Shown one piece after another: positions 19,940-28,864 of a stretch of DNA of 64,000 nucleotides. The translations under genes were made by a program, and so were the position numbers. How positions within the stretch are numbered: position 1 is the first letter of the stretch; each line of letters begins with the position of its first letter. The stretch comes from Barthelona sp. PCE (Eukaryota): contig JAUFOR010000003.1 of assembly GCA_040285745.1 (NCBI GenBank), forward strand, positions 310,001-374,000, given 5' to 3'. The notes beneath the pieces are model-generated. The model searched no databases. It saw nothing but the letters and a program-made list of their open reading frames with translations, and was not told the DNA's origin.

Positions 19940-21550
19940 TTACTCTTCAGCGTTGAGCATAACATTGTAAGAAGGTTCGATATCACCATAGAATTGGATG
20001 GGACCAGGGGATCTGTACATGTCATTAACGATCCAGCTTTCACGGACTTGCTCAAGTTTGGCAAAAACAGGACCATCAAGTTCAACAAGAGCCTTGGTAA
20101 TAACAGGGACCATGTGACCGTGACGTCTCTCCATGCCCATCATTTGAGCAAGAGGAAGACCACCAATACGCCAATCAGCCACTGGAAGGTGAGTGTTCCA
20201 AACACGAGCCATGTAACCATTACAACCGTTAGCCATGAGAGCACCAGCAGTTTGACCAAGGGCATAACAGTAAGAAGAATCGAAGAGAGTGGGGAGTGCA
20301 CAACGACCTTCATATCCGAAGAAGTGAGTTTGAGCCTTGAGCTTCATACCCTTCTCCTTCAGAACGGGAATGAGCATGTTGATGAGGAGCTTCTCGGTTT
20401 CGATAAGGGAGACCTGAACGTTGCCATGAGGATCACGGTCAAGAAGAAGTTGGTTTTGAATAGTAGCGGGCAAAGAATCAAGAAGAGCAACGTTCTTAGC
20501 AGAGAGGGCTTCTCTTACGTTGGAATCAGTGATATCCTCCTCAGCAAGCTTATCGTTGAGCTCAGAGATTAACTCACCCATCTCGGGAATGAACTCAATG
20601 AGGCCTTCGGGGATAAGGGCCACACCGTATGAACGTCCAGTATTATTACGCTCAATAATGACATCAGCAAGGTAGTTAACCACCTGATCAAGAGTCATCT
20701 TCTTCTCAGCAACCTCCTCACCAATAATAACGGCGTTAGGCTGAGTCTGAAGTGCACATTCAATGGCGATATGAGAGGCGGAACGACCCATCAGACGAAT
20801 AAAGTGCCAATACTTCTGAGCAGAAAGGCAATCCATCATGATGTTACCAATGAGTTCAGAATATACACGACAGGCTGTATCAAAACCGAAAGAAGTCTCA
20901 ATTTCAGCACTGCGAAGATCTCCATCAATTGTCTTGGGGGCACCAATAACTTTGGTCTTCATGTTCTCAGCAGCAAAACGCTCAGCAAGCAGACAAGCGT
21001 TGGTATTGCTATCATCACCACCAATAACAAGGAGGTAATCGAGATCGAGAGCCTTCATGGAATCCATAGCGGCCTGGAACTGCTCCTCGGAGTGGATCTT
21101 GGTACGATCAGAGCAGGCAAGGTGGAAACCACCACTGTTTCTGAACTGGTTAACGTATTCAGCATCAAGTTCCATAAAATCTTGCTTTAAAAGACCGCCA
21201 GGACCCTTGAGGAAAGCAAAGACTTGGTTGTCAGCGTTGAGCTTCTTGAGGTAGTCAAAGAGACCAACAATAACATTGTGACCACCACTAGCCTGACCAC
21301 CAGAGAGGACAAGACCAACCTTCATTTGTGTAGGTGTGGATTCCTCAGTAGGGAGAAGCTCAATAGACTTACTATCACGAATGTGAGGGAAGAAGTTCAA
21401 AACCTCATCACTAGCGGGAGGAGTTTTGGTTTCAACAGAAACAGTGTTAAAGTGCACATTGTTCTCAAGTACCTTGGGAAGAGGAGTGGGAGCGTTCATA
21501 CGCTGAAGCTGCAAAGAGCTGTAGTTTTGTGTGACAGAACGAGAAATCAT
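19940..21550 (-). CDS. pfp: Pyrophosphate-dependent phosphofructokinase (long/PfpB clade)
   Basis: SGGQASGGHN, GGDDSNTNA, PKTIDGD, MGRSASH, RDPHGN, FFGYEGRC; the Asp in GGDD and in TIDGD indicates PPi specificity. Confidence 0.96.
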   Translation of the reverse strand: MISRSVTQNYSSLQLQRMNAPTPLPKVLENNVHFNTVSVETKTPPASDEVLNFFPHIRDSKSIELLPTEESTPTQMKVGLVLSGGQASGGHNVIVGLFDYLKKLNADNQVFAFLKGPGGLLKQDFMELDAEYVNQFRNSGGFHLACSDRTKIHSEEQFQAAMDSMKALDLDYLLVIGGDDSNTNACLLAERFAAENMKTKVIGAPKTIDGDLRSAEIETSFGFDTACRVYSELIGNIMMDCLSAQKYWHFIRLMGRSASHIAIECALQTQPNAVIIGEEVAEKKMTLDQVVNYLADVIIERNNTGRSYGVALIPEGLIEFIPEMGELISELNDKLAEEDITDSNVREALSAKNVALLDSLPATIQNQLLLDRDPHGNVQVSLIETEKLLINMLIPVLKEKGMKLKAQTHFFGYEGRCALPTLFDSSYCYALGQTAGALMANGCNGYMARVWNTHLPVADWRIGGLPLAQMMGMERRHGHMVPVITKALVELDGPVFAKLEQVRESWIVNDMYRSPGPIQFYGDIEPSYNVMLNAEE

Positions 21551-21960
21551 TGTGAAAGGGGTTAGATATAGTAAAGTAGTCTACTGAAACAACTAGCGGA
21601 TACTGAATACCAATACTAAGTTCACTTCATGTTGAATATCAATAAATATGAGAAAGTGTGGGTATATTTTTTTTTTGCAGGGCAAAATATTGTAGATTTT
21701 TTATGAATCTTCAACTTATACGGTTTTCTTCGCATCTTTTAAACGATAAAAGGACGTATGTAGAATGAAAACTTAACTTAAAAGTAAAACAGCGAAAACC
21801 TGCATTCCCTGAAAAAAAAACTCAACATGGTTCTGCGTTTGATCAAATTACCAACAGCTTAATGTGCTGCTGTAACTGATCTATCATTTATCTGTGCTGT
21901 AATTTTAAACGAAGTGAGGAGAAAAAAAATTCACAAATTATGAAACATAAAATTGACTTT

Positions 21961-22881
21961 TTACTCTAAGATTGCCTCCATGTTCTTCAACTTCTCATCC
22001 AGACCATCGATAGTATCTGTAACAACGTCAATAAAACTAATCAACTGCTCAAAATCCTCAATAGTGTTGAAAGGTACAAAAGGAGAGAAGCTGCCACCAC
22101 TGATGGTAATTGCATCCTCTACAGTGTAAGAACCAGTCAATAACTTCTGGACCAAGCATTCTTCGAAGAAAGTCTGTGTTTCTTCGATTGAATCGAATTT
22201 GAGCAATGTCTTCATATCTTCAAGGCATGTGTGGAGAGGAAGTTTAGCAAGGAGCTTATTTAAGACATAATAATAACGAGCTCTGAAAAGGATAGAATCA
22301 TCTTCATTAATTAATTCCTCGACTTTACCGTTACCAATGCTCATAACCTTTCGCACAACTTCGGGGGTGCAGTCGAATCGGCTGGAAATGTAACTAAGGA
22401 AAGAAAAATTCATACAAAGAGAACAATCCAAAACGAATTGACAAGCTCTTTCAAATATCTCCTGAGTAAGCTCGGGATCAACCATGAGGTTACCCAGGGT
22501 GTTGTGTACGAAATGATAAATAGACTCGGGTAATTCGATGGAACCAGTAAAACTCTCGAGTACTTCGCGTTCAGCGATATCAAAGTTCATGAGGAAGGCA
22601 GAAATATGCTTCTCCTCAACAAAATCAAGCATAACCTGTAATACTGCAAACTTATCAACACCAAAAGGTAAAATCTTGAAGATAACTGCCATAACATTCA
22701 AAATGTCAGTGATGGCGAAGTGATTCTCAACAACGTATGAAAGGAGTGGTGAATAGAAGTTATCGTAAGAGCAATCGTTGTAACCAACAAAATCCTGAAC
22801 TAGTTGAGGTAAGTGACCTTCAATAACGGTTCTCTGGTGCTCCTTCTCCTCCTTAATGCCGTCTAAGAACTTCTGAAACAT
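21961..22881 (-). CDS. Divergent PCI-domain protein (Rpn9/eIF3m/CSN-like)
   Basis: Helical; C-terminal EETQTFFEECLVQKLLTGSY matches the PCI winged-helix pattern, followed by a terminal helix. Confidence 0.45.
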   Translation of the reverse strand: MFQKFLDGIKEEKEHQRTVIEGHLPQLVQDFVGYNDCSYDNFYSPLLSYVVENHFAITDILNVMAVIFKILPFGVDKFAVLQVMLDFVEEKHISAFLMNFDIAEREVLESFTGSIELPESIYHFVHNTLGNLMVDPELTQEIFERACQFVLDCSLCMNFSFLSYISSRFDCTPEVVRKVMSIGNGKVEELINEDDSILFRARYYYVLNKLLAKLPLHTCLEDMKTLLKFDSIEETQTFFEECLVQKLLTGSYTVEDAITISGGSFSPFVPFNTIEDFEQLISFIDVVTDTIDGLDEKLKNMEAILE

Positions 22882-22924
22882 GTGTAATGAAAGAATGCGT
22901 TAAAAAAGATATAGTGTTTTTTTA

Positions 22925-23869
22925 TTAAGCAAAGTGAATATTATGCTCATTAAATTGAATTAATAATGCTAAATAGTCGTCAATAGTCATCTGGACAGCT
23001 CTTGCCTCTGCTACACTGCGTTCAATAACATTACCATGCTTGTCTATTGTTTCCGTCACTGTATCCCGCAGTATACTTAAGACAAACTCTGTGAAATCGC
23101 CGTCCCATGGCTCTTCATTATGCAATGAACAATAAGTAAGATGATTATGTTCTAAAACTTTCATTACTGAACGGTTATTAAAAACTGAGCTCAGTTTCTT
23201 GTTTTTTCTGTTGAAGCAAATGCGAACCAGACCATCCCACTCGATAAAGTTGATATCAGGAGCAGGACAGAAAGGTTCAATTCGGACTACCATGCTTTCT
23301 ACTTTCGGTGGAGGATCGAAATGTGACTTTGGCACTTTCATGACCGGTACTACCTTGGCAAGTAGTTGTGTATTAACTGAAAGACGTCCGTAAAGTGCAT
23401 CTCCTGGTTGTGCCATTAATCTTAAAGCAAATTCCCGCTGAAACATAAGAACAGCACAGCGGAACGTGGGTTTGTGTGCAAGAAGCTTAAACACAAGTGG
23501 TGATGAAATCTCGTAAGGTGTATTAGAAATGCAAACATCAAAAAAGGGAAATTCAACCTTAACTGCATCGCCCTGTGTGATATACATGCGCCTATCGTTA
23601 ATTTCCGATCTGAAACGCTTACGAATCTCCTGAACCATACGTGGATCATATTCAACAATTTCCAACTTGCGAACACGAGGTGCTATGAACTGTGTGAGTG
23701 CACCAGTACCAGGACCAATTTCAAGGACAATGTCTGTATTGCTTAAATTAGCGGAATCAACAATCTTTCTTGCAACATCAGCATGTTTCAAAATATGTTG
23801 TCCAAAAGCCTTTGTGAAAGTGAAGCCCCTGTCTTTGCTAACTACTGTGGGTCTTTTAGTACGACCCAT
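22925..23869 (-). CDS. DIM1: 18S rRNA dimethyladenosine transferase
   Basis: GQHIL, VLEIGPGTG, SNTPYEISSP, MFQREFA, YGRLSVN, F.PPPKVES. Confidence 0.97.
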   Translation of the reverse strand: MGRTKRPTVVSKDRGFTFTKAFGQHILKHADVARKIVDSANLSNTDIVLEIGPGTGALTQFIAPRVRKLEIVEYDPRMVQEIRKRFRSEINDRRMYITQGDAVKVEFPFFDVCISNTPYEISSPLVFKLLAHKPTFRCAVLMFQREFALRLMAQPGDALYGRLSVNTQLLAKVVPVMKVPKSHFDPPPKVESMVVRIEPFCPAPDINFIEWDGLVRICFNRKNKKLSSVFNNRSVMKVLEHNHLTYCSLHNEEPWDGDFTEFVLSILRDTVTETIDKHGNVIERSVAEARAVQMTIDDYLALLIQFNEHNIHFA

Positions 23870-24276
23870 GTTGTGTGATAAGGATAAAATAATTCTTTAT
23901 ACTCTTTTAACCGACATCAGTTCATTTTCTGTAACTTTTCAGGTATAAAACTAAATATTATACCGTTTTTACCTCATAAATAGCTATAAAGTCAGCAATG
24001 CGAAAGTAGGACATAATCCCTGCACAGTTGCATCATGTCAAAAAATAAACTCGATAAAGTGGATAAAGTGATCATTTATAGTTGGCTAAGCTCGATAATT
24101 CCCCATAAACGATTAAAAACTCTGTGATCCAAATTTGCATCATTTAATATCATTTTAATGGCTTAATCCTTGTTATTTGAGGTGCTAAAATTCCATGTAT
24201 ATTAATTAAATTATAGTAAACCAAACTTCTTGCTTGTTTAAATAATTTCCTCCGTTTACCATAGGATCAGCTAACT

Positions 24277-26070
24277 ATGAGTTTCACAAAGGTTCTTTCT
24301 ATTCCTCCGGGCCCAAACATGACAAGGGCAAGACCCCAACATTACCATCCATCAGTGGACGAAGAGCACTACGTATATGGTAGTAATTTAAATGTTATAT
24401 CACGTAACATCAATGATTTCCACTTCTGTGAAAGCTTTGAGGGTCATTCACATGCTGTAACATCTGCCAAATTCTTTGAAAATGGAAATTTTGTAATTTC
24501 TGGTGATGAGGAAGGTAATGTCATTATCTGGTCTTATGACAACCCAGAGCACCCCATCACATTGGAAAGCAAACCCGTTGCAGGACCAATCAAGGATCTT
24601 GCAATGACTCAAGATCATAAGAAGTTCATTGCAGTGGGTGAGTACCGTAGACATGGCGCACACCCCTTCACCCTTATGGGAACTACCGCGGGCGAGTGCC
24701 TTGGCCATACCGACCACGTCCTTTCGGCAGACATTCGAAGAAACAAGCGCCCTTACATCACTATCACGGGTGGTGAAGATAGAATTGTCAACATGTATAG
24801 AGGCCCTCCCTGTAAGCACGTTGCGCAGGTTGCCATGCGGGAGGGCGTTGTCAACTGCGTCCGTTGGGATCCTTCTGGTGACAAATTTGCAGTTGCCGGA
24901 GCTGACAAACTTCTGCAGGTTTACTCTGTAACAATAGGGGAGGCCACGAAGCGCTTTGGTCCCAAAACAATCACCCACGATCTACTTGTAGAGAAGGAGT
25001 TCCCACGTAACATCCTCAGTCTTTGTTGGACTCCGGATTCATCAAAGATTGTGTTCTGTGGTACCGATAAGGCAGTCACCATGGTCGACGCCGAGACTCT
25101 TGAGGTGATCTGGCGCGTTGTCCTTGGTAAGGAGATCGGACACATGCAAAACTGTGTCTTCCACACGAAGCGTGGTTTCCTTGTATTTTCTACTGCAGGT
25201 GATATGACACTCATTGATGTAGAGGGCTCCATTGTCGAGAATATCCCCACTCACTCATCTACTATCACAACAATTCACGCAACTCAGAACCGACTGTACA
25301 CGTATGGTCGAGAAGGTAACTTTATCATCTGGGATCGCGAAACAATGACCCCTGTCAAGCGCTTGCTGGGTAAAGGGCACGGTGGCGCATCTGTCACGGC
25401 CATCTTTGAATGGAATGGGAAAATTGTAACATGTGGTCATGATTCAAATATCTATGTCACTGATCCCGACACAGACAAATTCGGAGAGAAGATTAGTACC
25501 CCTTACTCAATTGAAGGTGCTGCCATGATTGGAGATGTTATATATTGCGCTTTTGAAGATGGCGTCTCTGCAGTTAATCTGGCAACAAAGTCGGTGACTA
25601 CCCTTCAACATGGATGCATGTGCATTGCTACAAACAGCACGCATATTGCAATGGGTAGCGAGTCAGGTACAGTTACTGTGTTGAACGCAGAGACCATGGC
25701 AGTTGAGTATCAGGAGAAGGTCTCTTCTGTCCCGGTCAAGACTGTTGCAATTAGCGCTTCTGGTAACATTGTCGCGTGTGGTGCCGCTGATAGCCGTGTT
25801 ATCATCATTGATGTCGAAGCAAAGACCTATGATAACAACCACTTTTCATTCCACTCCAGTATACCTACAAACATGCGTTTCATTGATGAGACACGCTTCT
25901 ACTCTGTAGGACTTGACGGTGAGATGTTTTTGTTTGATGCTACCGATCGCAACACCCGCATTCGCACATCTCACATTCACAGACAAGGATGCACGTCTCT
26001 TGAGGTCTTTGATGGCGCTATTTACACTGGTGGTGTCGACGGATTCATTCACAAATGGGTTGTTAACTAA
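24277..26070 (+). CDS. AIP1: Actin-interacting protein 1 / WDR1 (double WD40 propeller)
   Basis: N-terminal P..TRARP, SGDEEG, GPIKDLA, RPY...TGGED, Y.GPP and VNCVRWDPSG motifs; ~600 aa. Confidence 0.9.
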   Translation: MSFTKVLSIPPGPNMTRARPQHYHPSVDEEHYVYGSNLNVISRNINDFHFCESFEGHSHAVTSAKFFENGNFVISGDEEGNVIIWSYDNPEHPITLESKPVAGPIKDLAMTQDHKKFIAVGEYRRHGAHPFTLMGTTAGECLGHTDHVLSADIRRNKRPYITITGGEDRIVNMYRGPPCKHVAQVAMREGVVNCVRWDPSGDKFAVAGADKLLQVYSVTIGEATKRFGPKTITHDLLVEKEFPRNILSLCWTPDSSKIVFCGTDKAVTMVDAETLEVIWRVVLGKEIGHMQNCVFHTKRGFLVFSTAGDMTLIDVEGSIVENIPTHSSTITTIHATQNRLYTYGREGNFIIWDRETMTPVKRLLGKGHGGASVTAIFEWNGKIVTCGHDSNIYVTDPDTDKFGEKISTPYSIEGAAMIGDVIYCAFEDGVSAVNLATKSVTTLQHGCMCIATNSTHIAMGSESGTVTVLNAETMAVEYQEKVSSVPVKTVAISASGNIVACGAADSRVIIIDVEAKTYDNNHFSFHSSIPTNMRFIDETRFYSVGLDGEMFLFDATDRNTRIRTSHIHRQGCTSLEVFDGAIYTGGVDGFIHKWVVN

Positions 26071-26097
26071 TCTATTGAGTTTAAATAAATGTTTGCT

Positions 26098-27093
26098 TTA
26101 GTATTTGATAATAAACTTGTTCTTTTGTTTTTTCAGGGCCATACGATCGAAGTACGTGTACCCTCGTGCCTTTGGTTTAATAACAGTCATTCCTTTCCCC
26201 CAATCAGAGTTGTTACGCCATACAGGCTTTGATTCTCCTACACCAATGCCAACTGCCTCTGCTTCGGGTTCTTCCTCCTTTTTTTGTTTCTTGTCCAAGT
26301 CTCCTGGCGGTAACATAAACCCAGGAACTGTCCAACTATCAACTTCGTGGACTTCAAACTCTGCTATTTTATCTGTATCAATCGGGTAAACATCTGTTAG
26401 GGGCACGTTGATATCGAGTTCCGGGCGGGGTGCAGCTTCGTTTTTCACTATTGGTTCAGAAATAGTACCGTCAAGATTTGAAGATTCATACCTGTGTTCG
26501 AGTCCTATCTTGCTATCAGGGGGAAGCGAAGTCACTAATGCAATGTCGATCACCTCGTCGTCACCAATGGCAATGCTGTGTTTCTCCTGAGGTGGTTCTT
26601 GCATCACCTCTACTGAAACAGAATGTTTCTGTTTATGAGGTCTTGGGGGTGCATGTTTACGTGGATTAATGTTAAGCTGTTCATGTAATGCTGTGTGCTC
26701 AGGTGTAATGTAAAAATCAACATCATCAAGATCCTTGTTAACTATCTTAGTTCGTGAATCATCCCTCTTCAGTCTTGGTTCACGTGATCTGATCATTGCA
26801 CGGGGTTCTGTCGTTCCTGTGATAGGCTTAGACGTTTCGTTTCCCGCTGAACTGCGCCGTCTCTTCTTTCCTCTTCGATGATGAGTTTTCAATTTCTTCA
26901 AATCTCGCATTGGACCAGTTGAAGTGTTCCAGTGCGATGTCTGGCCCGAACCCACCCCATCTAAGTTGAGCATTTTCCTCTTCTCTTTCAGAAGTTGAAG
27001 TTCTCGCTGCATCAAACGAGTTTCTGCTTCCAACAGCTCCATTTGACGATCTGTCTGTCTGTTGTTCTTCAATTGGCTAATGCGCTTGGACAT
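26098..27093 (-). CDS. Hypothetical low-complexity protein with N-terminal coiled coil and basic NLS-like stretch
   Basis: ORF from ATG 27093; RRGKKRRRS; C-terminal TYFDRM. Confidence 0.6.
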   Translation of the reverse strand: MSKRISQLKNNRQTDRQMELLEAETRLMQRELQLLKEKRKMLNLDGVGSGQTSHWNTSTGPMRDLKKLKTHHRRGKKRRRSSAGNETSKPITGTTEPRAMIRSREPRLKRDDSRTKIVNKDLDDVDFYITPEHTALHEQLNINPRKHAPPRPHKQKHSVSVEVMQEPPQEKHSIAIGDDEVIDIALVTSLPPDSKIGLEHRYESSNLDGTISEPIVKNEAAPRPELDINVPLTDVYPIDTDKIAEFEVHEVDSWTVPGFMLPPGDLDKKQKKEEEPEAEAVGIGVGESKPVWRNNSDWGKGMTVIKPKARGYTYFDRMALKKQKNKFIIKY

Positions 27094-27325
27094 AAATGAA
27101 TAAAAAAGATAATATTCAATGAAATGGAAAAAGAAAGCGATAACAATTTTAATATATGCGCTAAACATTTATTTTCAAAAAATAATGGACTGGCGGTAAT
27201 TAAAAACGTACATATTTACTCAAAAGTCAACCAAATCAAAGAAAAGTCATTGCGACTCACAGCGCAGGTTTGGGAAATATCATCTCTTTTTAATTAAACA
27301 ACGACCACAAAAGTACCGAAAAGGG

Positions 27326-28408
27326 CTACTTTCCTACTGCATAAAACTTAATCTTATGATCACCCTCTTCAATATCAATTGAAAACACCATATTCCTATC
27401 TAAAAGGACTTTCATAGCATTCATCACTCGAATTGGTCTGCTAAACACTTTGGGACATAAAGTCTGACTTAAAACATCTTCAGAAAAACCTTGATCAGTA
27501 TTGCTCTTCAGTAATGTAAATAACACCTGTAATCTATTTTTTCTTAAACCAGAATTATAAGAGTTGGGTAAATCTACATTTGACAAATCAAATTCATCCA
27601 TATTAATCTCATCAACCTCAACAAATGTGTTACCACATAAAACTATTCTTTTTCCTTCAGCACATTCTTCTGATGCTTCCAAAAATTCATCAAATAACCT
27701 ATACTGTACTGATTCTGGGTACTTGACATTCTTATTTGTTGTATATTTGGGTCTCAATTGTGTTTTAGTTGCTGTTTTCGGTACAATTATTTCCATTGGG
27801 ATCGGTTTAGAAACAGGAGTAGATGATTCAATAAAGTTATCAAGAGACAAATCTGTGTTATAAGCCTGTGTTTTCTTAACGGGATCCAGTTTAGAAAACT
27901 TATTTACGAGATTTGGTTCTACCAAATCAAGAACAAATGAAGCTTCTTCCAATTTATCATTCAAGTTCTTCGGGCTGTTCTTTAACTGGCTGCTTTTACG
28001 TAAATTCTTTAAAGGAGTCTCCATCTTAGAAAATGCACTTAAATGCGAAGGTGATGAAAAGGGTGAATTATGGCTTTCAATAACATCCCTGATATCAATA
28101 CTTCCCACCTGTCTAGATGGAGTCTTTGGTAACAGATCCTGTGCAAAAAAGCGCTCAACGATAAGTGCATCTTCCTTTAATTTATCAATCTGTGAATAAA
28201 ATGCTTTAATGTTAACTTTAATATAATCTGCATGCATTGTAGAGTCGACCTCTGAACTACTCAAGCATCCTCCTCCGTCGGCATCCTTGATAATAACATC
28301 AACTATGCTGGTAAGCTTCTCGGTTTCTGTCCTCAAATTTGTCAAGATTTCAATGAAATCAAAGAGCTCGTCGCTCCCCTGTCTTGCAGTAAATTCTCCT
28401 TCTGTCAT
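27326..28408 (-). CDS. Hypothetical protein, possible Ska1/Ska3-like kinetochore subunit
   Basis: N-terminal helical bundle, SP/TP-rich linker, C-terminal EINMDEF...LPNSY...GFSE...LLDR...KFYAV winged-helix-like pattern. Confidence 0.35.
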   Translation of the reverse strand: MTEGEFTARQGSDELFDFIEILTNLRTETEKLTSIVDVIIKDADGGGCLSSSEVDSTMHADYIKVNIKAFYSQIDKLKEDALIVERFFAQDLLPKTPSRQVGSIDIRDVIESHNSPFSSPSHLSAFSKMETPLKNLRKSSQLKNSPKNLNDKLEEASFVLDLVEPNLVNKFSKLDPVKKTQAYNTDLSLDNFIESSTPVSKPIPMEIIVPKTATKTQLRPKYTTNKNVKYPESVQYRLFDEFLEASEECAEGKRIVLCGNTFVEVDEINMDEFDLSNVDLPNSYNSGLRKNRLQVLFTLLKSNTDQGFSEDVLSQTLCPKVFSRPIRVMNAMKVLLDRNMVFSIDIEEGDHKIKFYAVGK

Positions 28409-28864
28409 CAACTGTGACTGTGATGTGGTTAAAAATCTTAAAACGCATTCGATCCACAAAATTTGCTATTTACACACTTTATTGAGTATATAATAAGATA
28501 TGCCAAGCATTATTAATATTTTCAGTCTACGCGCAAGCCAATTTGAAGAAAACATTTTCCCCTGCCCAATTCTTACAATTCCATTTCAGCAATTTGCTTC
28601 TTGGTTCACTTCATAATAGTCATCAACTCTCCCTTTGATGTGTTTTTTAGCCTTCCATCTTACCATCCTTTTCTACAGAATTTTGGACGTCTACAGTCTT
28701 TGGGCGAATTTCTGCGGCAAGCTATCCTGGACACAAAACTAATGCGTATTAAAGGTCAGTATTTGTGGAAGATATTGAATATTCCTGATAATGATGAAGA
28801 TATTTTCTTGTTTACATATTCTTTCCTAATTCAAGCACAATTTTGCAAATCTCTATTGTTTAAC

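Noticed and set aside
21515-21550. PFK N-terminus MISRSVTQNY as a hydrogenosomal-type presequence
   Set aside because: Very short and only loosely similar; cannot be distinguished from ordinary N-terminal variation.
19994-21565. Long plus-strand ORFs antisense to PFK (similar ones over kinesin, AIP1, SufCB and eIF4G)
   Set aside because: Shadow frames produced by the codon bias of highly expressed genes; no motifs.
28601-28864. 88-codon N-terminal extension of SufCB (possible targeting peptide)
   Set aside because: Begins at TTG and is AT-rich, with a sharp codon-style change at ATG 28865; most likely upstream non-coding sequence. An in-frame ATG at ~28742 cannot be formally excluded.
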